Part shown: positions 1-8,900 of the stretch, one piece after another
Numbering within the stretch: the stretch's first letter is position 1
Layout of the letters: each line of letters starts with the position of its first letter
Assembly: GCA_903958265.1 (NCBI GenBank)
Contig: CAJBSQ010000281.1
Span: forward strand, 1-27,672
Direction: 5' to 3'
Origin: an uncultured Planctomycetaceae bacterium
GTDB lineage: Bacteria; Planctomycetota; Planctomycetia; Pirellulales; UBA1268
DNA length: 27,672 bases
The notes under the pieces: model-generated
What the model was told of the DNA's origin: nothing
What the model saw: only the letters and a program-made list of their open reading frames with translations
The model's database searches: none
Translations under genes and position numbers: made by a program

Positions 1-2
1 CG

Positions 3-1145
3 CTGTTCGCCGCCTGCCCCGACCGGTACGGCACGGGCTCCGAGAAGTGGGACCGCTATGCGGGCCGTGACCTGCTGCCAGTGTGGGTGGCCGACATGGA
101 CCTCGTGGCCCCGGCCGAGGTGCTCGCGGCCCTTCACGCCCGCGTCGACCACGGTGTCTTCGGCTACACCCACGAGCCGCCGGGGTTCTGCGAATCGCTC
201 GCCGCCCATCTCGAGCGGCGGCACGGCTGGCAGGTCGACCCGCAGCGGATCGTGGCCACGCCGGGCGTCGTGACGGGCCTGGCACTCACGGCGCGGCTGC
301 TGGCAGACCCCGACGCCGAGATCCTCACCTTCACGCCGGTCTATCCCCCGTTCCTCTCGCTGCCACCGCTGGCACAGCGGCGGTGCGTTCGCGTGCCGCT
401 GCTCCAGCAGCCGACGACGTGGGCCGTCGATTGGGCCGCGCTGGAAGCGGCCGTCTCCCCGCGATCAAAACTCCTCTGGCTCTGTCATCCACACAACCCC
501 ACCGGCACGGTGTTTCGCCACGCTGATCTGCTGCGGCTCGCGGAGTTCGCGGTGGCCCACGGGATCACCGTGGTCAGCGACGAGATCTGGTCGGACCTGC
601 TGCTCGACGAGGAGCATGGCGGCCCGCGGCACGTGCCCTTCGCCAGCCTCGACCACCCCGCCGCCCGGGCCGCCGTCACGCTGGTGGCGGCGTCGAAGAC
701 CTGGAACCTCGCGGGGCTGGGCTGCGCCGCCGCGATCCTGCCCACGGCCGAGATGCGGCACCGCTGGCGGATCGCGGGAGGGGGGCTGGTGCCGATGGTG
801 AATCCGCTGGGCTATGCGGCATCGATCGCCGCCTGGACCCGAGGCGAAGGGTGGCGGCGAAGGGTGGTCGACCTGCTCCGCCACCACCGCGGGCTCGTCG
901 GCGCAGCAGTCGACGCGGTGCCGGGGCTGGCATGCGTTCCCGCCGAGGCGACCTACCTGGCCTGGATCGACTGCCGTGGCACGGGCGTCGACGATCCGCA
1001 GGCGGCCTGCGAGGCGGCGGGGCTCGGCCCTTCTGACGGCCGGGAGTTTGCCGCGCCGGGGTTCATCCGCATCAACACCGCCTGCCCGACCGAGCGGCTC
1101 GAGGAAGCCCTCCGCCGCCTGCAGCGGGCCTTCATACCAGGCTGA
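3..1145 (+). CDS. patB: PLP-dependent cystathionine beta-lyase / C-S lyase, MalY/PatB family (5'-truncated)
   Basis: The frame is open from position 3 (LFAACPDRYGTGSEKWD...LLPVWVADMD), so the real start lies outside the window. Motifs: WVADMD, LCHPHNPTG, SDEIWSDL, PLP lysine in AASKTWNLAGL, ATYLAWID, GFIRINTAC. Confidence 0.88.
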   Translation: MFAACPDRYGTGSEKWDRYAGRDLLPVWVADMDLVAPAEVLAALHARVDHGVFGYTHEPPGFCESLAAHLERRHGWQVDPQRIVATPGVVTGLALTARLLADPDAEILTFTPVYPPFLSLPPLAQRRCVRVPLLQQPTTWAVDWAALEAAVSPRSKLLWLCHPHNPTGTVFRHADLLRLAEFAVAHGITVVSDEIWSDLLLDEEHGGPRHVPFASLDHPAARAAVTLVAASKTWNLAGLGCAAAILPTAEMRHRWRIAGGGLVPMVNPLGYAASIAAWTRGEGWRRRVVDLLRHHRGLVGAAVDAVPGLACVPAEATYLAWIDCRGTGVDDPQAACEAAGLGPSDGREFAAPGFIRINTACPTERLEEALRRLQRAFIPG

Positions 1146-1151
1146 CGGTGG

Positions 1152-2723
1152 TCAGCCGCGGGTCCAGGCGTGGTCGACATACCGCCACGGCCGGCCTGGC
1201 GGCGGGGCGTCGCGGACGATCTCGGGCAGCCGCGACTCCGTCCAGCCGTCGAAGCAGACCCGGCGGGCGAACCGCAGGATCGTCCACGGAAATCCCACCG
1301 CCGAAAAGAACGGCGGTCCCGCCGAAGGCCACGGGCCGCCGTGCTGCATCGAGGGCACGACACCGAGTCCCGTCGGCATGCGATTCTCGACGATCCGCCC
1401 GGCGCGCTCGATGAGCAGCGGCACAAGATCAGTAAACTCGGCATCGTCGCGGCCGTCCCGCGCCGCATAGAGGCTGGCGCCGAGTGACCCATGCACGCAG
1501 GCGACGGCGGCGTGCAGTTCGTGAAGCGAGTCGCAGGCCACGACCACCGTCGCGTTGCCGAACGCCTCCACCACGACCGCCTCAGGCCGCGCGATCAGGT
1601 CGCGGCCGCTCACCTCCAGCAGCACCGGCACGTGGCTCGCCGGACCGGCCGCTGCCGCCACGCCCGCGCGGAGCCGCGCGCCGCCCGCCTCGAGCCTGCC
1701 GATTGCGGCCACCAGCCGGTCGCAGCCCGAGCGGCCGAGCAGCACCTGCGGGCCGATGGCGGCGAATCGGCCGGCGAGTGACTCCAGGAACGCCAGCCCG
1801 GCCGCATCGGCCACGAGAAACACGACGCCCGGCTTCGTGCAAAACTGGCCGGCCGAGCCGGTGACACTCGCCGTCAGCTCGTCGGCGATCGATGTGCCCC
1901 GCTCGGCAAGGGCGCCCGGCAGCAGCACGACCGGATTGATGCTGCCCATCTCGACCCAGATCACGCGGCCGGCGGCACTGGCCGCGCGGAACAGCCGCTC
2001 GCCCGCCGCCTGACTGCCAGTGAAGCCGGTGGCCCCGACCCGCGGATCGGCGACAAGTCGTTCCCCGTCAGCCGGCTCGAGGCCGTGGAGCAGCTGCACG
2101 GTGGCGGCCGGCAGGCCGGTGTCGCGGAGGGCGGCGAGGGCCTCGTCGGCGGCCAACCGCGACACGGAGGGGTGACCCTCGTGCGCTTTGGCGATCACCG
2201 GGTTGCCGGCGGCGATCGCGGCGGCGAAGTCGCCGCCGGTGACGGCGCCATAGGCGAAGGGAAAGTTGGCGGGGGGCAGCACGACCACGGGGCCGAGCCC
2301 GCAGGCGGCCGCACGAATGTTCTTCGGCGTGTCGATCATCGCCATCCGCCAGCTGCCCTCGCGGGCGGCGGTGGCGGCCTGCCGGAGCTGGTCGAGTGTG
2401 CGCGGCATCTCGACCTCCGCGAGCCGGGGCTGCACCGCCAGGCCGGTCTCGGCATGGGCCGCGGCCACGAGTTCCGCCGACCGCCGCTCGAGCCGGTCGG
2501 CATACCTGGCGAGAAAGGCGGCGATCGCCTCGGGTGGCAGCCGCGCGAGCTCCCGGGCCGCTCCCGTGGCGGCCTCGAGGGCTGACTCCACGTCGCCCCA
2601 GCGGCTCACCGGCCAGATCGCACCGCGGTCCTGACCCGTCGAGGGGTCGATGGCCCGATAGGTGCGGCTTGTCGTGGCCTGCCTCCAGGCTCCGGCAACG
2701 AGAATCGGTTCGGTGGCTGGCAT
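1152..2723 (-). CDS. NAD(P)+-dependent aldehyde dehydrogenase, alpha-ketoglutaric semialdehyde dehydrogenase (KGSADH)-like
   Basis: 523 aa. GPVVVLPPANFPFAY...GGDFAAAIAAGNPVIAKAHEGHP, GFTGS, EMGSINP (catalytic Glu), GQFCTKPG (catalytic Cys), EAFG and MQHGGPWPS are typical of the KGSADH subfamily. GGAG lies about 10 nt upstream of the ATG. Confidence 0.82.
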   Translation of the reverse strand: MPATEPILVAGAWRQATTSRTYRAIDPSTGQDRGAIWPVSRWGDVESALEAATGAARELARLPPEAIAAFLARYADRLERRSAELVAAAHAETGLAVQPRLAEVEMPRTLDQLRQAATAAREGSWRMAMIDTPKNIRAAACGLGPVVVLPPANFPFAYGAVTGGDFAAAIAAGNPVIAKAHEGHPSVSRLAADEALAALRDTGLPAATVQLLHGLEPADGERLVADPRVGATGFTGSQAAGERLFRAASAAGRVIWVEMGSINPVVLLPGALAERGTSIADELTASVTGSAGQFCTKPGVVFLVADAAGLAFLESLAGRFAAIGPQVLLGRSGCDRLVAAIGRLEAGGARLRAGVAAAAGPASHVPVLLEVSGRDLIARPEAVVVEAFGNATVVVACDSLHELHAAVACVHGSLGASLYAARDGRDDAEFTDLVPLLIERAGRIVENRMPTGLGVVPSMQHGGPWPSAGPPFFSAVGFPWTILRFARRVCFDGWTESRLPEIVRDAPPPGRPWRYVDHAWTRG

Positions 2724-2758
2724 CGGCGACGGCTCCGCGAGATCACGACGAACGGGTG

Positions 2759-2768
2759 GGTTGCAACC
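2759..2768. promoter_or_regulatory. 10-bp perfect palindrome GGTTGCAACC in a divergent intergenic region
   Basis: Read directly between the ALDH and pepP starts. A regulatory role is only inferred. Confidence 0.2.
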
Positions 2769-2862
2769 GGGCCTGGATGCGACCGGAATCGAGTGTAGCG
2801 ACCGGTTGCTTGCGACCCCGCCCGAAAACCAGACAATGTCGGCCCGCCATCAGGAGTTGTGC

Positions 2863-4173
2863 ATGCGCCACGCGCCGATCGATCCCGCCCTGTTCATCGC
2901 CAACCGTCGCCGGCTCGTGCAGCAACTGCCCGCAGGTTCCGTGGCCGTGCTCCATGCGGCCGACATCCTGCCCACCACCGGCGACGGCACGCTGAAGATC
3001 CAGCCGGCGGGCGATCTCTTTTGGGCCAGCGGCATCGAGCAGGAGGAGAGCGTGCTCGTGCTCGCCCCCTCGGCCAGTGATCCCGCCCATCGGGAAATCC
3101 TCTTCGTGCGGCAGCCCAACGAGCATCTGGCGACGTGGGAGGGGACGAAGCTCACCAAGGAGCGGGCGACGGAGATCTCCGGGATCGCGAAGGTCCGCTG
3201 GAGCTCGGAACTGCCGGCCGTGACCCACTCGCTGCTCTGCGAGAGCACGTCGGTCTACCTCAATGCCAACGAGCACGAACGGGCGGTGATCGAGCTCGAG
3301 AGCCGTGACATGCGGCTGGGGCGGCAGCTGATGGCGAAGTATCCGCTGCACCGCTACGAGCGGCTGGCGCCACTCCTGCGACGGCTGCGGGCCGTGAAGA
3401 CGCCGGCGGAAGTGGCCCTCATCCGCCGGGCTGCCGATGTCACCGACGCGGGGCTGCGGCGGCTCATCGCCGCCCTCCGCCCTGGGGTGATGGAGTACGA
3501 ACTCGAGGCGGAACTCGCTGGTGAGTTCACCCGCCGCCGCAGCCGGATGGCCTACGAGCCGATCATCGGCTCCGGCCGCAATGCCTGCGTGCTGCACTAC
3601 CTCGACAACGACCAGCCCTGCCATGAGGGCGAACTGGTGCTCGTCGATGTCGGGGCCTCGTACGCCAACTACGCCTCGGACCTGACGCGAACCTATCCCG
3701 TGAGCGGCCGGTTCACGCCGCGGCAACGAGCCGTCTACGAGGCGGTGCTGCGGGTGCTCCGGTCGTCGATCGCCAGAACCACCGTCGGCACCCGGCTCCG
3801 CGACTGGAAGCGGGCCGCGCAGGTCGAGATGGCGGAGGAACTGGTGACACTCGGGCTGATCACCGCCGCCGATGCAGCCCGGGACACGGCGGAGGAGCCC
3901 GCCTGCCGGAGGTACTTCATGCACGGCCTCGGCCACTCGCTGGGCCTGGGGGTTCACGACATGGCGCCGGTCGACGGCCCGCTCGAGGCGGGCTGGGTGA
4001 TGACGGTGGAGCCGGGCATCTACATCCCCGAGGAGGGGCTGGCCGTCCGGCTGGAAAACAACGTGCTCGTCACGGAAAATGGGCCGGTCGACCTCACTAG
4101 CCACGTGGCCATCGAGCCCGATGAGATCGAACGATTGATGATCCGCCCACCGGCAACCGGCGGGCGGGTATGA
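2863..4173 (+). CDS. pepP: Xaa-Pro aminopeptidase (M24B)
   Basis: Start moved from 2662 to ATG 2863 (AGGAG at 2852-2856; MRHAPIDPALFIANRRRL); the longer ORF overlaps the divergent ALDH. Metal ligands present: LVDVG, YASDLT, HGLGHSLGLGVHD, TVEPG, RLENN. Confidence 0.9.
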   Translation: MRHAPIDPALFIANRRRLVQQLPAGSVAVLHAADILPTTGDGTLKIQPAGDLFWASGIEQEESVLVLAPSASDPAHREILFVRQPNEHLATWEGTKLTKERATEISGIAKVRWSSELPAVTHSLLCESTSVYLNANEHERAVIELESRDMRLGRQLMAKYPLHRYERLAPLLRRLRAVKTPAEVALIRRAADVTDAGLRRLIAALRPGVMEYELEAELAGEFTRRRSRMAYEPIIGSGRNACVLHYLDNDQPCHEGELVLVDVGASYANYASDLTRTYPVSGRFTPRQRAVYEAVLRVLRSSIARTTVGTRLRDWKRAAQVEMAEELVTLGLITAADAARDTAEEPACRRYFMHGLGHSLGLGVHDMAPVDGPLEAGWVMTVEPGIYIPEEGLAVRLENNVLVTENGPVDLTSHVAIEPDEIERLMIRPPATGGRV

Positions 4174-4208
4174 TGCCGCCCACACCAACTCGCCAAGGAG
4201 CCACCCCC

Positions 4209-4694
4209 GTGCGCATTGCTCTCGCCATCGCCCTCGCATCCTTCACCCTCTTTGCATCGGAGATCATCGTGGCCCAGGCCCCGCAACCCGCCGCCCAGGA
4301 AGTTCCGCACCCCGCGCTCCCGGCTGGCGCCGGCAAGATCGACGCCGACGCCGCCACGTCGTTCGCCAGCACCGCCTCCGGCCTGAAGTACCGAGTCCTT
4401 CGCAAGGGCACCGGTGCCAATCCCCGGGCGACCGACAACGTCAAGGTTCACTACCACGGCTGGCTCGACGGCGGGAAGGTCTTCGATAGTTCCTACCAGC
4501 GGGGCGAGTCGATCGACTTCGGCCTCAACCAGGTGATCCCGGGCTGGACCGAGGGCATGCAGCTGGTGGGCGAAGGGGGCATGATCGAACTGGTGATCCC
4601 AAGCAACCTCGGCTACGGCCGCCGAGGAGCACCCCCGGTGATTCCGCCCGACGCCACGCTCCACTTTCTGGTGGAACTCCTCGACGTCCGCTGA
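4209..4694 (+). CDS. FKBP-type peptidyl-prolyl cis-trans isomerase with signal peptide
   Basis: VKVHYHGWLDGGKVFDSSY, VIPGWTEG, IPSNLGYG, IPPDATLHFLVELL. GTG 4209 follows AAGGAG at 4195-4200 and gives a signal-peptide-like N-terminus. ATG 4170, which overlaps the pepP stop (ATGA), is an alternative start. Confidence 0.92.
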   Translation: MRIALAIALASFTLFASEIIVAQAPQPAAQEVPHPALPAGAGKIDADAATSFASTASGLKYRVLRKGTGANPRATDNVKVHYHGWLDGGKVFDSSYQRGESIDFGLNQVIPGWTEGMQLVGEGGMIELVIPSNLGYGRRGAPPVIPPDATLHFLVELLDVR

Positions 4695-4816
4695 AGCGGC
4701 AGCTTCGCGGTCGGTCAGGAATCTCAAGTGGGCGGAAATGCTTCTCATGGACACCGCTCCCGCCACGGCCAATACTCAGGCGGTACAGGGTTTTTCACCG
4801 CTGGGGTCCGTCGTTC

Positions 4817-5959
4817 ATGCCACCCTCCCACCCGCCTCGTCGCATCCGCACCGCCATCGTCGGCCTCGGCTTCGGCGCCGAGTTCATCCCGATCCACCAG
4901 CGGCATCCGCACGTGGAACTGGTCGCGATCTGCCAGAGGTCGAAGGAGAAACTTGACCAGGTCGGCGACGCCACCGGTGTGGAGCGGAGGTCGACGAGCT
5001 ACGCCGACATCCTCCGGGACAAGGATATCGATGCCGTCCACATCAACTCGCCGATCCCCGACCACGCGGCGATGTCGATCGCGGCCCTCGAGGCCGGCAA
5101 GCACGTGATGTGCACGGTGCCGATGGCGACCTCCGTTGAGGAGTGCCGCAGGATCGTCGAGCTCTCGGAAAAAACTGGGCTCAAGTACATGATGGCCGAG
5201 ACGGTCGTCTACGCCCGTGAGTTCCTGTTCATCAAGCAGATGGCCGATCGCGGTGAACTCGGCACGATCCAGTTCGTGCAGGCCAGCCACCAGCAGGACA
5301 TGGACGGCTGGCCGAACTACTGGCCGGGCCTGCCGCCGATGCACTACGCCACCCACTGCGTAGGGCCCTGCCTGGCGCTCGAGCGGAAGGACGCCGAGGA
5401 AGTGAGCTGCTTCGGCTCCGGACGGATCCGCGACGAGCTTGTCGGGAAGTACGGCTCGCCGTTCGCCATCGAGAGTGCCCACGTGAAGCTCAAGAACAGC
5501 GCCGTGGTCGCCCGCGTGATCCGCTCGCTCTTCGACACGGCGAGACAGTACCGCGAGAGCTTCGACGTCTACGGGTCGAAGCGGAGCTTCGAGTGGCAGC
5601 TCTGCGAAGGTGAAGAGCCAGTGATCCACACGGCAAAGGTTCCGGAGCCCGAGATTCCCCAGCGGGTGTCGGTGCCGGACTTCGCGCACCTGCTACCCGA
5701 GCCCATTCAGCCCTTCACGACCGGCGGCGTGTACGACGCCGACGACCATCAACACCTCTCGTTCACGCAGGGGGGCGGCCACGGCGGCAGCCATCCGCAC
5801 CTCGTGCACGAGTTTGTGACCGCGCTCGTCGAGGGCCGCGACCCCTATCCCAACGCCCGGCAGAGCGCCAACTGGACCTGCACCGGCCTCCTCGCCCACG
5901 ATTCAGCCATGCAGGGGGGGGCGATCCTGAAACTCCCCGAGTGGTCGTTCTCGTCCTAG
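4817..5959 (+). CDS. Gfo/Idh/MocA family oxidoreductase
   Basis: 380 aa. Rossmann start IRTAIVGLGFG, DIDAVHINSPIPDH, ALEAGKHVMCTVP (at the usual EKP position), MHYATHC, C-terminal GGGHGGSH. Confidence 0.85.
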   Translation: MPPSHPPRRIRTAIVGLGFGAEFIPIHQRHPHVELVAICQRSKEKLDQVGDATGVERRSTSYADILRDKDIDAVHINSPIPDHAAMSIAALEAGKHVMCTVPMATSVEECRRIVELSEKTGLKYMMAETVVYAREFLFIKQMADRGELGTIQFVQASHQQDMDGWPNYWPGLPPMHYATHCVGPCLALERKDAEEVSCFGSGRIRDELVGKYGSPFAIESAHVKLKNSAVVARVIRSLFDTARQYRESFDVYGSKRSFEWQLCEGEEPVIHTAKVPEPEIPQRVSVPDFAHLLPEPIQPFTTGGVYDADDHQHLSFTQGGGHGGSHPHLVHEFVTALVEGRDPYPNARQSANWTCTGLLAHDSAMQGGAILKLPEWSFSS

Positions 5960-5993
5960 TATTCCTCGTCTAGTCGTCGCCTTGGAGCTTCCC

Positions 5994-8900
5994 ATGGTTC
6001 GGTTCGTGTGCGCGGCTGCGCTGGCGCTTGGATCATTCCTCGGTGCGGCCCGGGCGGCCGAGGGGCCCATCAAGGTGCTGTTTCTCGGCGACCGGGGGCA
6101 CCACAAGCCGGCCGAGCGGTTCGGCCAGCTCCAGCCCGTGCTGGCCTCGCGGGGCATCGACCTGGTCTACACCGACGACCTCGCCGATCTCACGGCCGAT
6201 GTCCTGCAGGCGTACGACGCGCTGGCCGTCTTTGCCAACATCGAGTCGATCACGCCCAAGCAGGAGTCGGCGATCGTTGACTACGTTCGCGGTGGCAAGG
6301 GCCTGGTGCCGCTGCACTCCGCCAGTTTTTGCTTTCAGAACTCTCCGGTCTGGATCGACATGGTCGGCGCCCAGTTCCAGAAGCACGGCACCGGCGAGTT
6401 CCAGACCGAGATCGTGGCTCCCGAGCACCCGGTGATGAAGGGCTTTGGCGGCTTCGCCAGCTGGGACGAGACCTACGTCCATACCAAGCACAACGAGCGG
6501 GGGCGAACGGTGCTCGAAGAGCGGGTCGAGGGGACGCACCGCGAGCCCTGGACATGGGTCCGCACCGAGGGCAACGGCCGGGTGTTCTACACCGCCTGGG
6601 GGCACGACCAGCGGACCTGGGGCCACCCCGGCTTCCACAACCTCGTCGAGCGGGGCATTCGCTTCGCGGCCGGCCGCGACCCGCAGACGGCGGGGCCCTT
6701 CGTGTCGCACCCCGAAATGACGCAGCTCCCCGACGGCCTGGCACCGTTCGACTATCAGCCGGCACACGTGCCGTTCTACGTTCCCAAGGCCGACTGGGGA
6801 AAAATGGGTGAGCCGATCACCGCGATGCAAAAGCCACTCGAACCCGAGGCGTCGCGGCGACACGCGATCACTCCGGTCGGCTTTACGATCGCCCTTGCCG
6901 CCGCCGAGCCGCTCTTCCAGGCCAAGCCGCTGGCCTTTGCCTTCGACCACGACGGCCGGCTCTTCGTCTCCGAGAGCGTCGACTACCCCAACGCCATCGT
7001 TCTCCCGGGGGAAGGGGAAGGGCACGACCGGATCGTGCGGCTCGACGACCGGAATGGAGACGGCACGTTCGACACTCGCGTGGTGTTCGCCGAGTCGCTC
7101 TCGATCTGCACGAGCATGCTCGCCCACGACGGAGGCCTGATCGTCACCCAGGCCCCCCACACGCTGTTTCTCAAAGACACCAACGGCGACGGGAAGGCCG
7201 ACGTCCGCACCGAGCTGTTCACCGGCTGGGGTACCTACGACACGCACGCCGGCCCGAGCAACCTCACCTGGGGTCTCGACGGCTGGATCTACGGCATGGT
7301 CGGCTACTCGGGCTTCAAGGGTGAGGTCGGCGGCGAAACGCTGGAGTTCAAGCAGGGCTTCTTTCGGTTCCAGCCGGACGGCTCGAAGCTCGAGTTCCTG
7401 CGGAGCACCAACAACAACTCCTGGGGTGTCGGCTTCAGTGAGGAGGGGGTTCTCTTCGGCTCGACCGCCAACGGCAACCCGAGCGAACAGATGCCGCTGG
7501 CCAACCGCGTCTACGAACGGGTTCGCGGCTGGAACGCCGCCACGCTCGGCGGCATCTCGGGAAGCCCCGAGATGGAGGTGGCGCCGAGGAAGGGCACGGC
7601 CGACGGCAAGGCCCCGGTTCGCCAGGTCGACCACCACGGCAGGTTCACCGCGGCGGCCGGCCACCGGCTCTACACCGCCCGGGCCTACCCCCGCGAGTAT
7701 TGGAACCGCACCGCCTTCGTCTGCGAGCCCACCGGCCACGTGGTGGCCACGTTCGAGATCACGCCGAGCGGCGCCGCCTTCCGAAGCCGCATGGCCTGGA
7801 GCCTCGTGGCGAGCGACGACGAGTGGACGTCGCCGATCCAGGCCGACGTCGGTCCTGACGGTCAGGTCTGGGTGATCGACTGGTACAACTTCATCGTCCA
7901 GCACAACCCGACGCCGGCCGGCTTTGAAAACGGCAAGGGCAACGCCTACGAGACGCCGCTTCGCGACAAGGTGCATGGCCGACTCTGGCGGGTAGTCCAC
8001 GACGCCACGACAAACACCCCGCAGCGCACCACGCTCGCCAACGCCACGCCCGACGAACTCGTCGCGACGCTCCGCGACACCAACATGTTCTGGCGACTGC
8101 GGGCCCAGCGGAAACTCACCGAGCGGGCAGGGGGCCGACCCGACGGCGGCCACGACGTCGTGCCGGCGGTCGTGAAACTCGTCCAGGACGCCTCGGTCGA
8201 TGAGATCGGCCTGAATCCCGCAGCGATTCACGCGATCTGGACGCTGAAATCGCTGGGGGCGATCGATGGTGTGACCGCCGACGCCGCGGCGGTGGCCGCC
8301 GTGCAGGGAGCCCTGAAGCATCCGTCGGCCGGCGTGCGGATCAACGCGGTGCGGGCGCTGCCCCGCACGGCCGCCACGCTCGCCGCATGGCGTGCCGCGG
8401 GCGTCGCCGCCGACGCCGCGCCCCTCGTCAGGCTCGCCCTGCTCGACGGCCTCGGCGAGTGTCCTGTGTCGCCGGAGGCGACCGATCTCGTGCTCGCGAT
8501 GCTCGCCGATCCGCGGACGGGGGCCGATCCGGTGCTCGCCGACGCCGCCACGAGCGCCGCGGCCATCCAGGCCGTGGGCGTTCTTCCGGCCCTGATCTCG
8601 GCCATGCTCCAGGCTCCCGGTCAGCAGCCCCCGCTTGCCGACGACGTCTCGCCGGCCCGGCTCGCGCTCGTGGAGCGGGTCGCGGAGCACGTCGCGCGGG
8701 GTGGCGACGCGGCCGCGGTGAGCAGCCTCGTGGCGAGGCTCACGTCCGCCCAGCCCGACACGGCCGCGGCAGCCCTCACGGGCCTGGCCCGTGGCTGGCC
8801 CAACGGCCGAAGGATCGAGTTCGATGCCGCCGGTCGCGGAGCCCTCGTGCACCTCGTCGGCACGCTCTCCCCGGCCGCCCAAGGTCAGCTGATCACGCTC

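Noticed and set aside
571-603. DEIW instead of DEIH in the PatB/MalY protein
   Set aside because: A single substitution with the PLP lysine and other motifs intact; not enough to suggest a new function.
2662-2862. N-terminal extension of the pepP ORF in the ORF track
   Set aside because: It overlaps the divergent ALDH start, and a clear RBS and family-like N-terminus are at 2863. The same reasoning trimmed the ORFs at 13435, 14557, 15375, 16648, 17444 and 23862.
4688-4710. Small hairpin GAAGC-GGCA-GCTTC at the FKBP stop
   Set aside because: 5-bp core and no U-tract; too weak to call a terminator.
6033-8882. 949-aa antisense ORF, plus similar long ones at 2743-4239, 4745-5689, 12568-14091, 17695-19317, 20386-21813 and 21953-23422
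   Set aside because: Shadow frames overlapping well-supported genes. They have no family motifs and Arg/Gly/Pro-biased composition, as expected in very GC-rich DNA where stops are rare.
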